Positions 40,809-53,909 of a stretch of DNA of 64,000 nt are shown in pieces (position 1 is the first letter of the stretch; each line of letters opens with the position of its first letter). The stretch comes from Stegostoma tigrinum (lineage: Eukaryota). The translations under genes were made by a program, and so were the position numbers. The notes beneath the pieces were generated by a model. That model ran no database searches, had not been told where the DNA came from, and saw only the letters and a program-made list of their open reading frames with translations. The stretch spans positions 29,631,440 through 29,695,439 of the forward strand of contig NC_081371.1 of NCBI RefSeq assembly GCF_030684315.1, in the 5' to 3' direction.

Positions 40809-42769
40809 AATAAAATCAGGAACAAAAACAGAAGTTGCTGGAAAAGCTCAGCAGGTCTGGCGGCATCTGTGAAGACAAAATCAGAGTTACTGTTTCAGGT
40901 CTGGTAACCCTTCCTCAGAACTGATGGTAGCTGGGAAAACGTCAGATTATATGTAGAAAATAGGGAGGAGGACGGGTTAGAGAGTAAGCGATAGGATAGC
41001 GCCCACACAGAGAGAAGAGCAGTTGGATAGACAAAGGCGTTCATAATGATCTGGCTGGGAGGGTGAACAGCTGTTAATGGGGACTATTAGTGACTAACAA
41101 TAGGTAGCATGTAATGGCAGACTTAGTGATAACAAGGCCTGATGTGTGGGGTAGGAGGCTAGGACCCGGGACAGTTTAGGCCCTAAAATTACGGATATTG
41201 AGTCCGGAGGGCTGCATGGTCCCCAAGAGAAAAATGAGGTGTTGTTCTTCTAGCTTGCATTGAACTTTGCTGGAGCACTGCAGCAAGCCAGAGACGGAGA
41301 TGTTGGCCATGGAAAAGGGTGGTGTGTTAAAGTGGCAGACAACGGGTCGCTCCGGGACTTTTTTTGTTTGTTCCAGTCCAATTCTGGACCCCAATCGCAA
41401 TTCTTTCTTTTCCGATATATCGATGGTATCATTGGTGCTGCTTCCCTCTCTTGTCCTCAATTGGAGAAGTTCATCAATTTCGCTTCCAATTTCCACCCTG
41501 CCATCACTTTCACCTGGTCTATCTCTGACTCCTCCCTTCCCATCAGTTTTTGTTTCTGGGGTAGACTGGCCACTAATATCCACTGACTCCCAAAGCTATC
41601 TCGACTAAGCAGCCTCACACTCTGCTTCCTGTAAAGACTCCATCCCATTCTCTCAGTTCCTCTGTCTCCATCGCATATGTTCAGATGAGGCCAGCTTCGA
41701 CAAGGGAGCCTCTGAAATGTCTTCCTGCTTCCTCAATTGAGGATTCCCCAGCGCCATTGTCAACAGAGCTCTCAACCGGGTCCAATCCGTCTCCTGAACT
41801 TCTTCCCTCCCACAACAGTGATAGGGTTCCCTTGTCCTTACCTACCATCCCACTAGCATTCTCCTTCAGAAGATCATCAGATGTCATTTCTGCCATCTCC
41901 AGCAAAATGCCACCACCAGACGCATATTCCCCTCCCTTCCCTTGTCTGCCTTCTGTATGGACCGTTCCCTCCAGGACACCCTCGTCCACTCTTACTTCAC
42001 CCAACAACTGCGTCCCCCCCAAAGCCTCACAGCACCTTCCCCTGCAACCGGCAAAGGTGCAACACCTGCCCATTTACCTCCTTCCTCCCCAGTATCCAAG
42101 AGCCCAAACAGACCTTCGAGGTGGCACTTCCCAGAATCTAGTCTACTGCATTTGCTGCTCAAAATGTGGTCTCCTCTACACTGGGGAAACAAAACTTAGA
42201 TTGAGTGACCGTTTCACAGAACTTCCAGGTTCTACTCACAAAAAAGACCCCGAGCTACCTGTTGCCTACCACTTTAACACGCCATCCTGTTCCTTGGCCG
42301 ACATCTTGGTCTCTGGCTTGCTGCAGTGTACCAGCGAAGTTCAACGCAAGCTGGAAGAATAGCACCACCTCATCCGCTTGGAGACATTGCAGCCCTGCAG
42401 ACTCAATATTGAGTTCAATAATTGAATTAGCCCCCTTGCCCATATACCAGGCCTTGTTATCGCATAACCTATCACTTACACACTACCTCTTGTTAGTTAC
42501 TAACAGTCCCCATGAACAGTTATTCACCCTTCATAGCCACCTTTTTATCAACTCTTTTGTCTATCTAACTGCTGTTCTCTCTCTTTGAGCTCTTTCCTAT
42601 CACTTACTCCCTATCCCATACCCTTCCCTGTTTTCTGCATGTAAACCAACATCTTCCCAGTTGTCATCAGTTGAGAAAGGGTCACTGGATCCGAAATGTT
42701 AACTCTGATTTTGTCTTCACAGGTGCTGCCGGACCTGCTTAGCTTTTCCAGCTGCTTCTGTTTTTATTC
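40809..42769 (+). mobile_element. Decayed PLE with RT + GIY-YIG remnants and an inverted 5' segment (40809 to ~41357)
   Basis: FFRYIDGIIG...LEKFINFASNFHPAITFTWSIS (RT) and NLVYCICCSKCGLLYTGETKLRLSDRF (GIY-YIG). TSD CTAAAT(A/G)AAATGTTA at 40794-40808 and 42770-42784. Confidence 0.9.
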
Positions 42770-43891
42770 CTAAATGAAATGTTACTGATGCTAAATTGTT
42801 TAATTTTTTGATAATTTATTTAGTCACTTACGATAATTCCTTATCCTTTTCATTTCTTTTCAATTCATGCACAAATATAAACATCATGTATTTCTATGAT
42901 TCCATTCTAATTGTGTACAAATTAAGATTATACTGTTGTAAGTATATAATTTTATATGTGTATACACATTGGTCTACTGGACTTGACAGAATCCTTTCCG
43001 TAGACTGTTTCAAGAGCTTATTTTTACAACTTATTATTGTACTTTGTTTCATATTTGATACAGCTGTCTCATCCAAAAATAAACACTGTACTTTAAATCT
43101 GCAATAAATACCAACAAACTTTCATTTAACTGACAAATGATACTGCTGTACATTCTTTTGTGGCTACAATCTGATTTACAAGGCTAAAGAGAAACATCTG
43201 GTCTATTATTAATTGTTGTTTAGCTTAGATAGCTAGTGTGAAGTTCAGAATAGCACTAATGAAATGGATTAAATTCCCATTCTAGCTGAGATAGACTTGA
43301 GACCTGTCTCCCCACCCTGCCACTGACAGTACAAGGTAATGGTAAACCAGTATTGACAAAAACTATCAAGAAAACAGCTCATCATGAAGCATCAGTAGGT
43401 AATGAGTCAAGGACGTACCCTTGGGTAGAGAACTCATGTTTACTAAAGGTATGTGACTTTTTGGTTGGATTGTTCAGTTGAAAATGTGTTTTTATTGGAT
43501 TATTTTATATTATTGGTTTCACCTAATGCAACGGGATATATCACCGGTATTATTTTAATACTCGGTAATTTTTTTCTCCATCTCTCCTCTCTACAATTCA
43601 CATAATGAGTTTCTCGTAAGTTAAGGTTCCAAGGGTGGATTTTAGTACTTCACTTAATTGGTTGTATAGCAGGTCTGTTTCTTCCGTTTGCTGGACCGGA
43701 TTTACTAATGCCAAATGTTGCAGGAGCAACTAGTTTAAAATTAACTTATTCAGCGTGGACTAGGAATCAAACCTGGTGCCTTCCTAGATTGAAATAAAAC
43801 ATAAGATCCTGGATACACACTAGATAAATAACTGTAAAAGAAAGAAGAGTTGCTGACATTTAGATGTGGGACCATTCATTAATCAATGATC

Positions 43892-44470
43892 AGAGGCAAA
43901 AAAAACTGCAAATGCTGGAATCCAAGGTAGACAGACAGGAGGCCAGAAGAACACAGCATGCCAGGCAGCATCCAGAGGAAAGGAGAAGCCAACATTTCGG
44001 GTATTACCGTCCTTCAGGACTGGATGTGGGGTTAGGGGGAGCTGCAGATAGAGTGGTGGTAGGTGGACAGTGGTGATAGGTGGATACCGGTAGTAGGTAC
44101 AACTTAATAGATTGGTGGGAGGGATGAATTTGGTTCGTACCTGGAAGGGAGGGTCAGTACTTGGAATGGAAGGGAGGAAGCAGGGCTGGAAAGGGAGCCG
44201 GGGGTTGGGTGGGAAAGTTATTTGAAATTAGATTCCTCTGTGTTAAGTCCACTGGGCAGTAGGGTGCCCAGGCAGAAGATAAGGTGCTGTTCCTCAAATT
44301 TGCATTCTGAATCACTGCGACACTGGAGGAGGCCGAGGACAGACATGTTGTAGGGGGAGTGAGATGGGGGTGTTGAAATGGGTGGTGACCAAGAGGTTAG
44401 GCTGGCTGTTACAGGCCAGGTGAAGATGCTCAGTGAAACAGTCACCTAGTTTACATTTGGTTTCACCGAT
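43892..44470 (-). mobile_element. PLE 3' fragment
   Basis: SVLGLLQCRSDSECKFEEQHLIFCLGTLLPSGLN plus pLTR. Confidence 0.85.
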
Positions 44471-44668
44471 GTCGTCTTGTTATAATTACTACATGATTGC
44501 TTTGGCTTCACTTACAATAAAGATCTCAAAAATATCCACTGCATTTTCATCATTAAACATAATAACAGGTTACAATTTACATCATGGATAGTTCTCTGAC
44601 TAATGGAGGTCCATGCAATTACAAAACATCAAATAGCATCTTTGGTACCAAAGCTGATCCTGTATTGA

Positions 44669-45641
44669 GAAATCATAAGAACTGCAGATGCTGGAGTCAG
44701 AGATAGCACAGTGTGGAGCTGGAGGAATACAGCAGGCCAGGCAGCATTAGAGGAGCAGGAAGGTTGACGTTTCAGGTCGGGACCCTTCTTCAGAAATGGC
44801 AGGGGGAAAGAAATAAATCGAGAGAGGTCGGTGAAGTGGGAGGAGCAGATAGGTGGGAGAGAAGATGGACAGGTTGTGTCAGGAGGTGGAGATGAGGGGA
44901 GAGTTGGTCATGGGATGAAGCTGGGGATGAGGAGATTTGGAACTTGTAAAATCCACATTTGGGCCATTGAGCTGTAGGCTCCCCAGGCAGAATATGAGGT
45001 GCTGCTCCTCCAGTTTGCAGGTGGCATAACCTTCCACATTAGACAGAGGTTCACCTGTGCATCTGCAAATGCGGTCTGTTGCATCCACTGCCCTTTATAT
45101 GGCCTCCTCTACATCAAAGAGATCAAGTGGAGGCTCGGAGACCACTTTGTAGAGCACCTGCGCTCTGTTTGTGACAAACAACAAGACCTTCAGGTCGCAA
45201 ACCATTTCAGTTCCCACTCCCTAGGTGACATGTCTGTCCTTTGGTGTCACAATGAGGCCACCTGCAAACTGGAGGTGCAGCACTCATATTTTGCCCTGGG
45301 ATCCTACAGCGTAATGGCATAAATGTGGATTTTACCAGTTTCAAAATCTCATCCCATGACCAACCTTCCTTCTCATCCCCGCCTCCTTGACCTGACACAA
45401 CCTGTCCATCTTCTCTCCCACCTATCTACTCCTCCCACCTCACTGACCAATCCCGCCACTCCCTACCTGCACTCAACTGTCACCACCCCAACCCTGGCCC
45501 TCCTCTATTTATTTCTGAGCTCCCTTTCACAACACCGCCACTCCCACCGCTCATTTCTGAAGGGACCCGACCTGAAACATGAACTTTCCTGCTCCTCTGA
45601 TGCTGCCAGGCCTGCTGTGTTCCTCCAGCTCTGCATTGTGT
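44669..45641. mobile_element. Inverted PLE insertion
   Basis: GIY-YIG remnant (CCIHCPLYGLLYIKEIKWRLGDHF). TSD TGATCCT(G/A)TATTGA at 44655-44668 and 45642-45655. Intact hammerhead core on the minus strand at 44766-44793. Confidence 0.88.
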
Positions 45642-45779
45642 TGATCCTATATTGACTTTTCATTAATTTGAGAATGCCCTGTCCATTGGCTGAATTACAG
45701 ATATGCACCTTGAGATCAATACACAGGGAAGGCAGCGTCAGCTTGTAATTGTTTTACACAGGGATGAGTTGAACAATTG

Positions 45780-46561
45780 ACAAAAAAGCACAGTCTTGCA
45801 GTCCACAACCAACCCAACCTTTCAACAGTGTGAAAAAGCCTTGGAGACAAAATGGTTATGCAACCAGTTACTCTCAACCACTTGGGTGACGTACTGGCAT
45901 AATTTTCATCCCTTTAACAGCATTAGGTTTAAGACTTCCACCAACAACTAAGAGATTATACTTTCTTTGACTTTTTGCAACTGTGCACCACCTCCTGTAC
46001 TATATCAGCAATTGCATACCATATCAAACACCCATCCAGTCTGCATTATATAGTTGTTCAAGGCTAGTTCATCATCATTACTGAACTTTGAACATTTGGT
46101 TGTGTAACATTTGACAACCTCTCAGCCAAAGTTTGTTCACCAGTAGCCTTTGAGTGATGGATCCTATGCATAGTTAAACATTTGCAAGCAATTTAAGAAT
46201 ACTCTCACTTACAACTAATTTTAAAGTCCTTATGAAATTCTTTTCCATAAGCATTGTCCCTGACATAGGGACTCCCCTCACTATGACATTGTCAGAACCA
46301 TTCATACAGCAAATTGTCATGGTCAGCATACTTAGTACCATATGGTGTTTTACACTGACCAATTCCTTTAATAGTGTCACTTTCTGCATAGAATACAAAT
46401 AGTTATTCTCACTGCTTCTTGATGTCATAACCTGTTGAGCCACCCATACCATATGCCACACACATTTTTTTCACTGAAGCATTTTTGTATAGTTTCTTTA
46501 TGACTTGTACCTTTTGCAAGAATGTAAGCACAACATATTTGCGTTTTGTTGCACTTTTCAT
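45780..46561 (-). mobile_element. Decayed Tigger/pogo (CENP-B/Jerky-like) transposase
   Basis: From the ATG at 46561: MKSATKRKYVVLTFLQKVQVIKKL...YGMGGSTGYDIKKQ*...LLYEWF*QCHSEG. A YNAD motif follows at ~46040-46052. Confidence 0.75.
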
Positions 46562-49384
46562 GGATATTGTTTAAAAGAAATTAGTCTACCCTGAGAATGC
46601 TTGGGTCTGTCCAAAAGTACTGCTGCAAAAGGAAGGATGGTAGAAAATAGCATGTAATGGAGAGGATGTGATGATTGTGTAGTGTGCAAAAACACAAAAC
46701 AAGGTTACAAAAGCCATTCAGCTCATGAAGACTTGTGCATCTATAGACGAGGTGAATCCATGTCTTCATGATTTAAGACAGTGCTTGAACAATTGAATGG
46801 CATGTTGATCATTTGCTTGGGCCTGCTCAAAATGTTTCTGAACAACTAGTGTTCTTGAACAATGGAATTCCCTGCTGGAGAGGTTCCAGTGTAGTATCAC
46901 AGAATCTTTTACATCCACCTGAGAGCACAGACAGAATGTCGGTTGAATGTTTTAAAAATCTACACCAGTGCTGCACTGAAGGTAGAGCCTATGTTAAGCG
47001 TACAAGTCTCTGAAATGGGGCTGGAACCCAAAATCTTCTGACTCAGTGGTAAAATTTCCACCAGCATGCCAAAGAATAGCAATCACTACATGGTTGACAG
47101 AAGGAAGTTTAATTATTAATTACAATAGTTATTACTTACAATTTTGAATGATAAGGAAATTCCAAATCTAGTATACATTATAGACATGGTATATCTAATA
47201 ATGATCAAAAATCAGTTCACTGCTTTTCACTTTTAAATTCACATTTAACCAACGAACATTTCAGAACTTAAGATAATCTTTTAAACCAGTAAAATAATAA
47301 TTTACTAGTTGCTTTAACAATGTTACACATGCAATACTGTTAGGTTCATCAGCTGTTGTGATAACTTCTATATTCTAACTCATGAGACAAACCTTTTGAC
47401 GTATAAAGTTTTATCCAAGTCTATTGTTGAGTTTTCCTTCGACAATGGCACTGCTTAGTAGTCAGTCAGCAAAACAATTCAGATCACCCATTAATTAGTG
47501 TGATAAAGCCTAATGACCTTTAAATGTTTGACAAAAATCTCATGATCCTCCACCCTTAGCCTTGTGATCTTAGATGAACCATGATTTTTCCATTAATTTT
47601 CCTTCATCGGGCTGAAAATTCAAAGGATCTTCTAAATTGCACACAAGAACTTGTATTTATACAGCATCTTTTAGACAGGAAACATTTCCAGTATTTCACA
47701 GAAAAAAAAGGTAAATATAGGGGTGAAAGAATAGATAACTGGCTCTGGTGCATTAGTTAAGCAAAATTACAGATGATCTGTCCAGAAACAGGAGTTTTGA
47801 GGATTGTTTTCAAATAGAAGAGTGTAATGGAGAGGTTTAGAAGCAATTATCATGGAGAGGGTTGAGATGATTGAAAGTTTGCTACTATTAGTGGAACAAA
47901 AAAAAAACTGATGAGATGAACAGAAGACCAACACTATGGGGGCTAAAGAATGCAGCATGAAACATTAAGCAGAAAGTAAAAATATAGAAAAAAAGTGGGT
48001 GAAGCCATGGAAAAGGAATGGTGAGACTTACGCAGCACAATGTAGAAGTAGGAGAGCAGTATTTATGGAGAGAAAAGCAGAGTTGACATTTCAGATGGAT
48101 GACCTTTCATCACCAGGGCTTTTAAGCAGATGCAGATGATAGTCTGATAAGGGAAATGTTAGAGAAATTGTGTCTAAAGATGAGTAATAAAGGTGAGATA
48201 GGGTTTTAGCAGCAGTGGGAATGATGTATGAGAAGTTGCAGGTAATACTGAGAGGTGGAAATTAGTGGCTTCCTAAACAGGTAGGATATTGCATTTGAAG
48301 CCAGCTTTAGAAAAAAAAAATCCCAAGGATTTACAAGGTATAATTAATCCAAAGAAACTGATACAATTTGAGGATTACATGGATGGATGGAGCAAAAGTG
48401 TCTGTTGAAGGACAGAAGAAAGATACGCATTCATTCAGTACTTTTTTTTACAAACTCAGGCCTTCCCAAAACACTTATAGTTAATGAAGTACCTTTGAAA
48501 TATTACCATTGTAAAACAAGAAATGCGGCATGAAGTTGCAGACAGCAATATCTTACAAATAGCAAATGGCTAGGTGAGCAGATGTTTTGCTGGTATCGGT
48601 TAAAGAATAAGTATTGACCAGTACAAGGGACTAAAGTCAGACATTGGCAAAAAAAAATTTCCACAGAACCACAGACCTGTTACAGTTGCAGAAGGTGGCC
48701 ATTCAACCCATCATGTCTGCAATGGCTATCAAAACGAGAATCATGACTTAGTGCACTCGGCCTTTTTCTGATGCCCTTGCATAGTGTTTCTATTCAACTA
48801 ACCATTTAATATTCTTTAGAATGCCTCAATTGAACATGACTCCACCCCACTCCCACGCAGTGCATGCCAGACACCAAACCACTTGTGTGAATTTTTTTTT
48901 TACATCACATTTGCTTCTTTTGGAAATCCCTCTAAATCTGTGTCTTCTCATTTTTGATTGTTTTCTGCATGAGAACAGTTTTTTTCCTTTGTAATCAATA
49001 CAAATCTTTCATAATTTTGAAAACTTCTCTTCAAGGAGAACCATCCCAAGATCTCTAAAATATCCTCATGACTGATGTTTCCACTAATAGGAAAGACTAA
49101 GACCTGAGGCCACAGATTCAGAGTGAAGGCATGACCCTTTAGAACTGTGATAAGGAGGAAATTGTTCAGCCAGAGCGTGGCAAACCTGTGTAACTCGTAG
49201 CCACAGAAAGCAATGGAAGTCTAGTAACTAAATGTGCTAGTTATGATCTTGATTAATAAGAAGAGGATCAAGAGTCATGGAAGGAAGGCAAAGAATAGGG
49301 TTGAGAAACATATCAGCCTTGAATGAATGGAGGAGCAGACCGATGGGCTGAATGGCCTAGTGCTGCTCCTATATCTTATGGTGT

Positions 49385-49740
49385 AATGGGTTTGAATCGC
49401 ACCATGGCAGATGAAATATTAATTTGAATTCAAATTTTAAAAAAAACGATGGGATCAGCAAGCAAGCCCAATGGCAACCATGTAATCATTGTCAATTGTC
49501 AAAAACAAAAAAAATCACGTTCACTAATATCCTTTAGGGAAGGAAACCTGTTATCTTTACGTGATCTGGCCTATGTGTGACTCCAGAACTAGCAAGAAGA
49601 TTGACTCAACTGCCCTCTGGGCAACTAGGAAAGGGCAACAAATGCTGGCCTAGCCAGTGACACCCACATCCAATAAATTAAAGGATCAGCAACAAATGCT
49701 GGCCATGCCAGCAATGGTCACATGCCAAGAAAGAATAAAA
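49385..49740 (+). mobile_element. HE1-like shark SINE
   Basis: gggtttgaatc..accatggcagatg...ttcactaatatcctttagggaaggaaa...gggcaacaaatgctggcctagccagtga. Recognised from memory. Confidence 0.6.
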
Positions 49741-49792
49741 GAGATGTTAGAATGAAACGGTGAGGATCATAAAACAACAGGAAATCTTACTT

Positions 49793-50000
49793 AGACAAAT
49801 GGGATCTGGAAGAACACAGCGAGCCAGGTAGCATCTGGAGGAAAGGAACAGTCAACATTTCAGGTATTACCCTTCTTCAGGACTGTCAGCCCTGAAGAAA
49901 GGGAATACCCGAAACGTTGACAGCTCCTTTCCTCCAGAGGCTGCCTGGCTTGCTGTGTTCTTCCAGACTCTTGTTTGTCCAGCTTGGATTCCAGCATCTG
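49793..50000. mobile_element. Short inverted PLE pLTR pair
   Basis: Arms meet at 49881-49891. Plus-strand core CTGAAGAAA-GGG(AATA)CCC-GAAACGTT. TSD CAGGA(A/G)ATCTTACTT at 49778-49792 and 50001-50015. Confidence 0.85.
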
Positions 50001-50460
50001 CAGGAGATCTTACTTGACTAAGTCAGAAGTCACACAACACCAGGCTATAATCCAGTAGGTTTATTTGAAATCACGAGCTTTCAGACTGCTGCTCCTTTGT
50101 CAGGTAAAGTCACTTCAGTTCTGGGGATGAACATGATTTTAGTTCAAAATCATTGAAGCAGGGTATGAGAAATCAAGATGGCAGGCCTTAAAACATCAGA
50201 AAACATAGGAGTTGCAGGGAGGTCTGGGGGTTAAAAGCAATTTAGAGGGTTTCTTAGCCAAATATGAATGAAACGAGCCCTTGAAATATTTTACCTTAGA
50301 GAATAGCTGGAACACTGAAGAGAAAACAAAGTGAATTCTAGAGGGTTGATATATACATTTGTTTGGTAACAGGGAAAATGAATAACCATTCAAGAGTTAA
50401 GGAAATTCGTGCGGGAGGAACTGAAAAATAGTTTAAAGAAAAGTCTTTATAAGCTGTCAC

Positions 50461-50561
50461 CCCTCTCTGATGAAGGGTCTAGGCCCGAAACGTCAGCTTT
50501 TGTGCTCCTGAGATGCTGCTGGGCCTGCTGTGTTCATCCAGCCTCACATTTTATTATCTTG
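50461..50561 (+). mobile_element. PLE family A terminal fragment with intact hammerhead core (50467-50496)
   Basis: Near-identical to 38097-38193. Confidence 0.88.
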
Positions 50562-50958
50562 TATTAGTAGTGTTTACTTTGTTTAATTTTTTTAAATATA
50601 CAACCAAGTTTAGTTTTGCTTAAAAACAAGAAATCTTATGTAGTTCTGTGGTTAACTGGTGGGCATTTATGTTTCTCCTTTCAACTTTAATAGTCACTAC
50701 ACGATCATAAAATCGAGAAGGACTTCATGATGATTACCTTAAAGTTTTGTTAGCATTACATTAGTTGTTGGTCATCATTTATACCTTTTGATTGTTTCTG
50801 CAAATCAAACTCCTTATTGAGTAACCCAAGTAACAGCAAATTCCAGAACTATTTTGAAGATTGTGGAAGGTACTACATTTTTAAGGTAGGTTTTTGCTGT
50901 CCAGGAGAGCACAATGCCCATGATAATAATTTTCCTTAATTATAAGCAAATGTTACAT

Positions 50959-51513
50959 TTATTGTAACACTGCTAACTCAAATGTTGTCAAAGAGTTGTC
51001 CATAACCTTCATTTTACCTTCGGAAGTAAGATCCTGTTTTCTCAGATGCTCAATCAGCTGTTCCATTTTTTTAAGCTTTGCTGCAGTTCCCTGCTCTTGT
51101 TGCTGAAGTTTTTTTATCTTCTCTTGTAATCTGAAAATCTTTTCCCAGAGTTGGGCCTTACCAGTATCCTGTCTACAATATGAATGCTCAACTTGTAGAA
51201 CATTTTCAGGGACTATGGGTTGTTGATCACTGAACAGTTGGTTTGTTTCAAGCTCTTTTATTGTTGTGAAGGGTTCAGTTGATGTGATGTTGAAAGGTTG
51301 TTCTGGATTTCCAAGTGACTCAGATGCAGTGTTAACTTCCGAATTCCTTTTGGATTGCTCATTGCGCTCTGCATTAGGAACTGACGATTCTAGTCTTTCT
51401 TTGGTTGGTTTTTCATCTCTTGCAGCAGGACCAAAGATTTGCAGGTTTGCTTCTGATGCTTCTTTTGGAAACTTATTTTTCCTACGAATATATCGAGAAC
51501 ACAGTTTTTTCTT
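50959..51513 (-). CDS. THAP5: THAP5 exon 3 (linker, HCF-1-binding motif EHSY, coiled coil, stop)
   Basis: ctttcag| then 555 nt open frame KKKLCSR...VLQVEHSYCRQDTGKAQLWEKIFRLQEKIKKL...TTFELAVLQ*. Total CDS 831 nt = 276 aa. Confidence 0.94.
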   Translation of the reverse strand, partial: KKKLCSRYIRRKNKFPKEASEANLQIFGPAARDEKPTKERLESSVPNAERNEQSKRNSEVNTASESLGNPEQPFNITSTEPFTTIKELETNQLFSDQQPIVPENVLQVEHSYCRQDTGKAQLWEKIFRLQEKIKKLQQQEQGTAAKLKKMEQLIEHLRKQDLTSEGKMKVMDNSLTTFELAVLQ

Positions 51514-51609
51514 CTGAAAGATAAAGTTTTGGGCTTTTTATTTGATAAAGTGGATATTTATTGCATTATAATGTCCGCAACCCCAATTCAAAGTCAGAGA
51601 TAATCTTAC

Positions 51610-51802
51610 CTGCTGATGATTTGGAAATGAGAACACAGTTGGTATAGCTTGCGGCTTCAAATAACGGATACCCCAGCGCCATTCAAATGAATCTGCAGTA
51701 AAATGTTCACTACATATGCATTGATGCTTAGTGGGGAACCAGTTGTCACGTTTCATATTTTTGATCCATTTGTTAAGTCTTTCTTTGTTTTGCAATGGAA
51801 AC
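51610..51802 (-). CDS. THAP5: THAP5 exon 2 (THAP domain C2CH and AVPT box)
   Basis: 193 nt, reading FPLQNKERLNKWIKNMKRDNWFPTKHQCICSEHFTADSFEWRWGIRYLKPQAIPTVFSFPNHQQ. AG/GT junctions. Confidence 0.96.
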
Positions 51803-52220
51803 CTTTTTTTAAAGAGAAAACAAAATGTATTTGTTACATTAAAGGTTTATACATGCTGTATTGTGAAGTTTATTCTTGAGCTGCTTAGTATTAAGTTAGG
51901 CTTAATATTAAGCAATATTTAGATATGTATTCCTAAATCTGCTCATTAATCTCTCTTCTACATACTCTGAGCCAGCATTAGGGTGGTAAATTTATATTTG
52001 TAAAAGATTAACTTTCTAAATTAGTATAACTGAAATACAAATTCTGTCTTTAATGTGTATGAATTCAAGGCTCTTCAAATATGTTAGCATTATTGTTGGA
52101 TGTAACATTCCTGTGAATCAAAACCTAAGGGGCTGGGTAATAGGAATGTCCTTTTGAAAATGTTTAATAAATCAGTTGAATTGTATCCTCATGCAGAATG
52201 AAGCTGACTTCATAGGGGTA

Positions 52221-52443
52221 TACAAGGTGTACAGATGGATGAACACAGCAGGCCAAGCAGCATCAGTGCAGCAGGAACGCTGATGTTTCCGGCCTAGACC
52301 CTTCTTCAGATTTTCTGAAGAAGGGTCTAGGCCCCAAACGTCAGCCTTCCTGCACCTTTGATGCTGTTTGGCCTGCTGTGTTCATCCAGCGCTACACCTT
52401 GTACATCTCAGAATCTCCAGCATCTGCAGTTCCTACTATCTCC
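52221..52443. mobile_element. Short inverted PLE pLTR hairpin in THAP5 intron 1
   Basis: Arms 52221-52310 and 52314-52403 centred on CTTCTTCAGA-TTT-TCTGAAGAAG. Both cores carry point changes. Confidence 0.85.
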
Positions 52444-52969
52444 GACTTAAATAATACTTATAAAACTTGTAATCATGAATACATACATTTCTTAATAAAA
52501 TCTTTTACATTTGTGATGCAAGTTAAGTAGTTTCTATTTTCTAAATGGGTGGTACTTGATTCCAGGAGTCTCTGACATTCTAGTCTTTGTGGACATATGG
52601 GCATACCCTGATGCTTGAACATGACATGAAACAATTTAAGTGATATGCTGCGGTCTGCTTGAGCCATTGTAGTGCTGTGCCCTGCTGACCATCACAGTCA
52701 ATTCTAATGTTACATCTTCCATTTCCTGTCAATTACTGTCCAGTTTCAATCTTCAAAGTAACAATAGTCTGTTGACAGTTGTGTATGTGCATGAAGGTCA
52801 GAACAAGATCACTTGCTTTTCTTTCTGGTCTAACTGGAAGAAAGCTTGGTCATCCAGTGAGATACAAAAAATCTGCCGACATTTATGAAACATTACTCCA
52901 GTGTAGCTACTGCGTTCTGTAAATGGGAATAGAGATTTTAATGACAAGTGATGTACATGTGGAACATTA

Positions 52970-53490
52970 CAGTCATAGTCATAGAGATGTACAGCATGTA
53001 AACAGGCCCTTCAGCCATGGGGACTAGATATCCTTAATTAATCAAGTCCCATTTGCCAGCATTTAGCCCATATCCATCTAAACCCTTCCTATTCATATAT
53101 CCATTGAGATGTCTCTTAAATGTGGTAATTGTACCAGCCTCCAGCACTTCCCCAAGCAGCTCGTTCCATACTTGCAGCACCCTCTGCTCGAAAAGATTGC
53201 CATTTGAGTCCCTTTTACATCTTTCCTTGCTCGTCTTAAATCTATGCCATCTAGTTTTGGACTCCCCTACCCTGGGTAAAAGACCATAGCTGCTTACACA
53301 ATCCATGCCCCTCACGATTTTATAAAGTTCTATATGGTCACCCCTCAGCATCCAGGGAAAATAGCTCCAGTCTATTCAGCCTCTCCCTGTAGCTCAAACC
53401 CTCTGACCCTGGCAACATCCTTGTAAATCTTTTCTTAACCCTTTTGAATTTCACAACATCTTTTCCTATAGTGATCCAAGATAGACAATG
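52970..53490 (-). mobile_element. CR1 LINE 3' fragment
   Basis: KRFTRMLPGSEGLSYRERLNRL and WNELLGEVLEAGTITTFKRHL. Confidence 0.88.
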
Positions 53491-53909
53491 GGACAAAATT
53501 GTGGCTGTAAGTGCTGCTCCTTTTTTCACTTGTTTTCGGTGTGGGAGCTCATTTCCTCAAATTCTTGGAACAGTAATTACTGTTTTATAAGCTGTGGCAT
53601 TGTTTTATAATTTTGGGAAAAAAATTCAAATCAAAGGTACTTCTTAAAGTGGGATGAAGTGAGACAGCAGCTACTATGTGGGAAGTAAAAAAAGGAGCAG
53701 TGAACTTGCACAGCTGCCTATGCTGTTTAGTAACAAATATCTGTGGATCATCAGAGTTTGGGCTTAGAGAAAAATGAGCTTTTACTACAAAATTGCAGTT
53801 TTCTTTTTAATTACAATGAATCATGGCAAGAAGATCCCAATTCTCTCCGCCCATTTTCTATTACTAGATATCTTTGATTTATGTTTTTTGACATAGAAGA
53901 TTAAAGACT

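Noticed and set aside
50549-50554. PLE-donated AATAAA (minus strand) as the THAP5 poly(A) signal
   Set aside because: Native ATTAAA candidates lie closer to the stop codon. Cannot be decided without 3'-end data.
51538-51802. THAP domain as a P-element transposase
   Set aside because: It is spliced to a THAP5-type C-terminus, with no transposase core or terminal inverted repeats.
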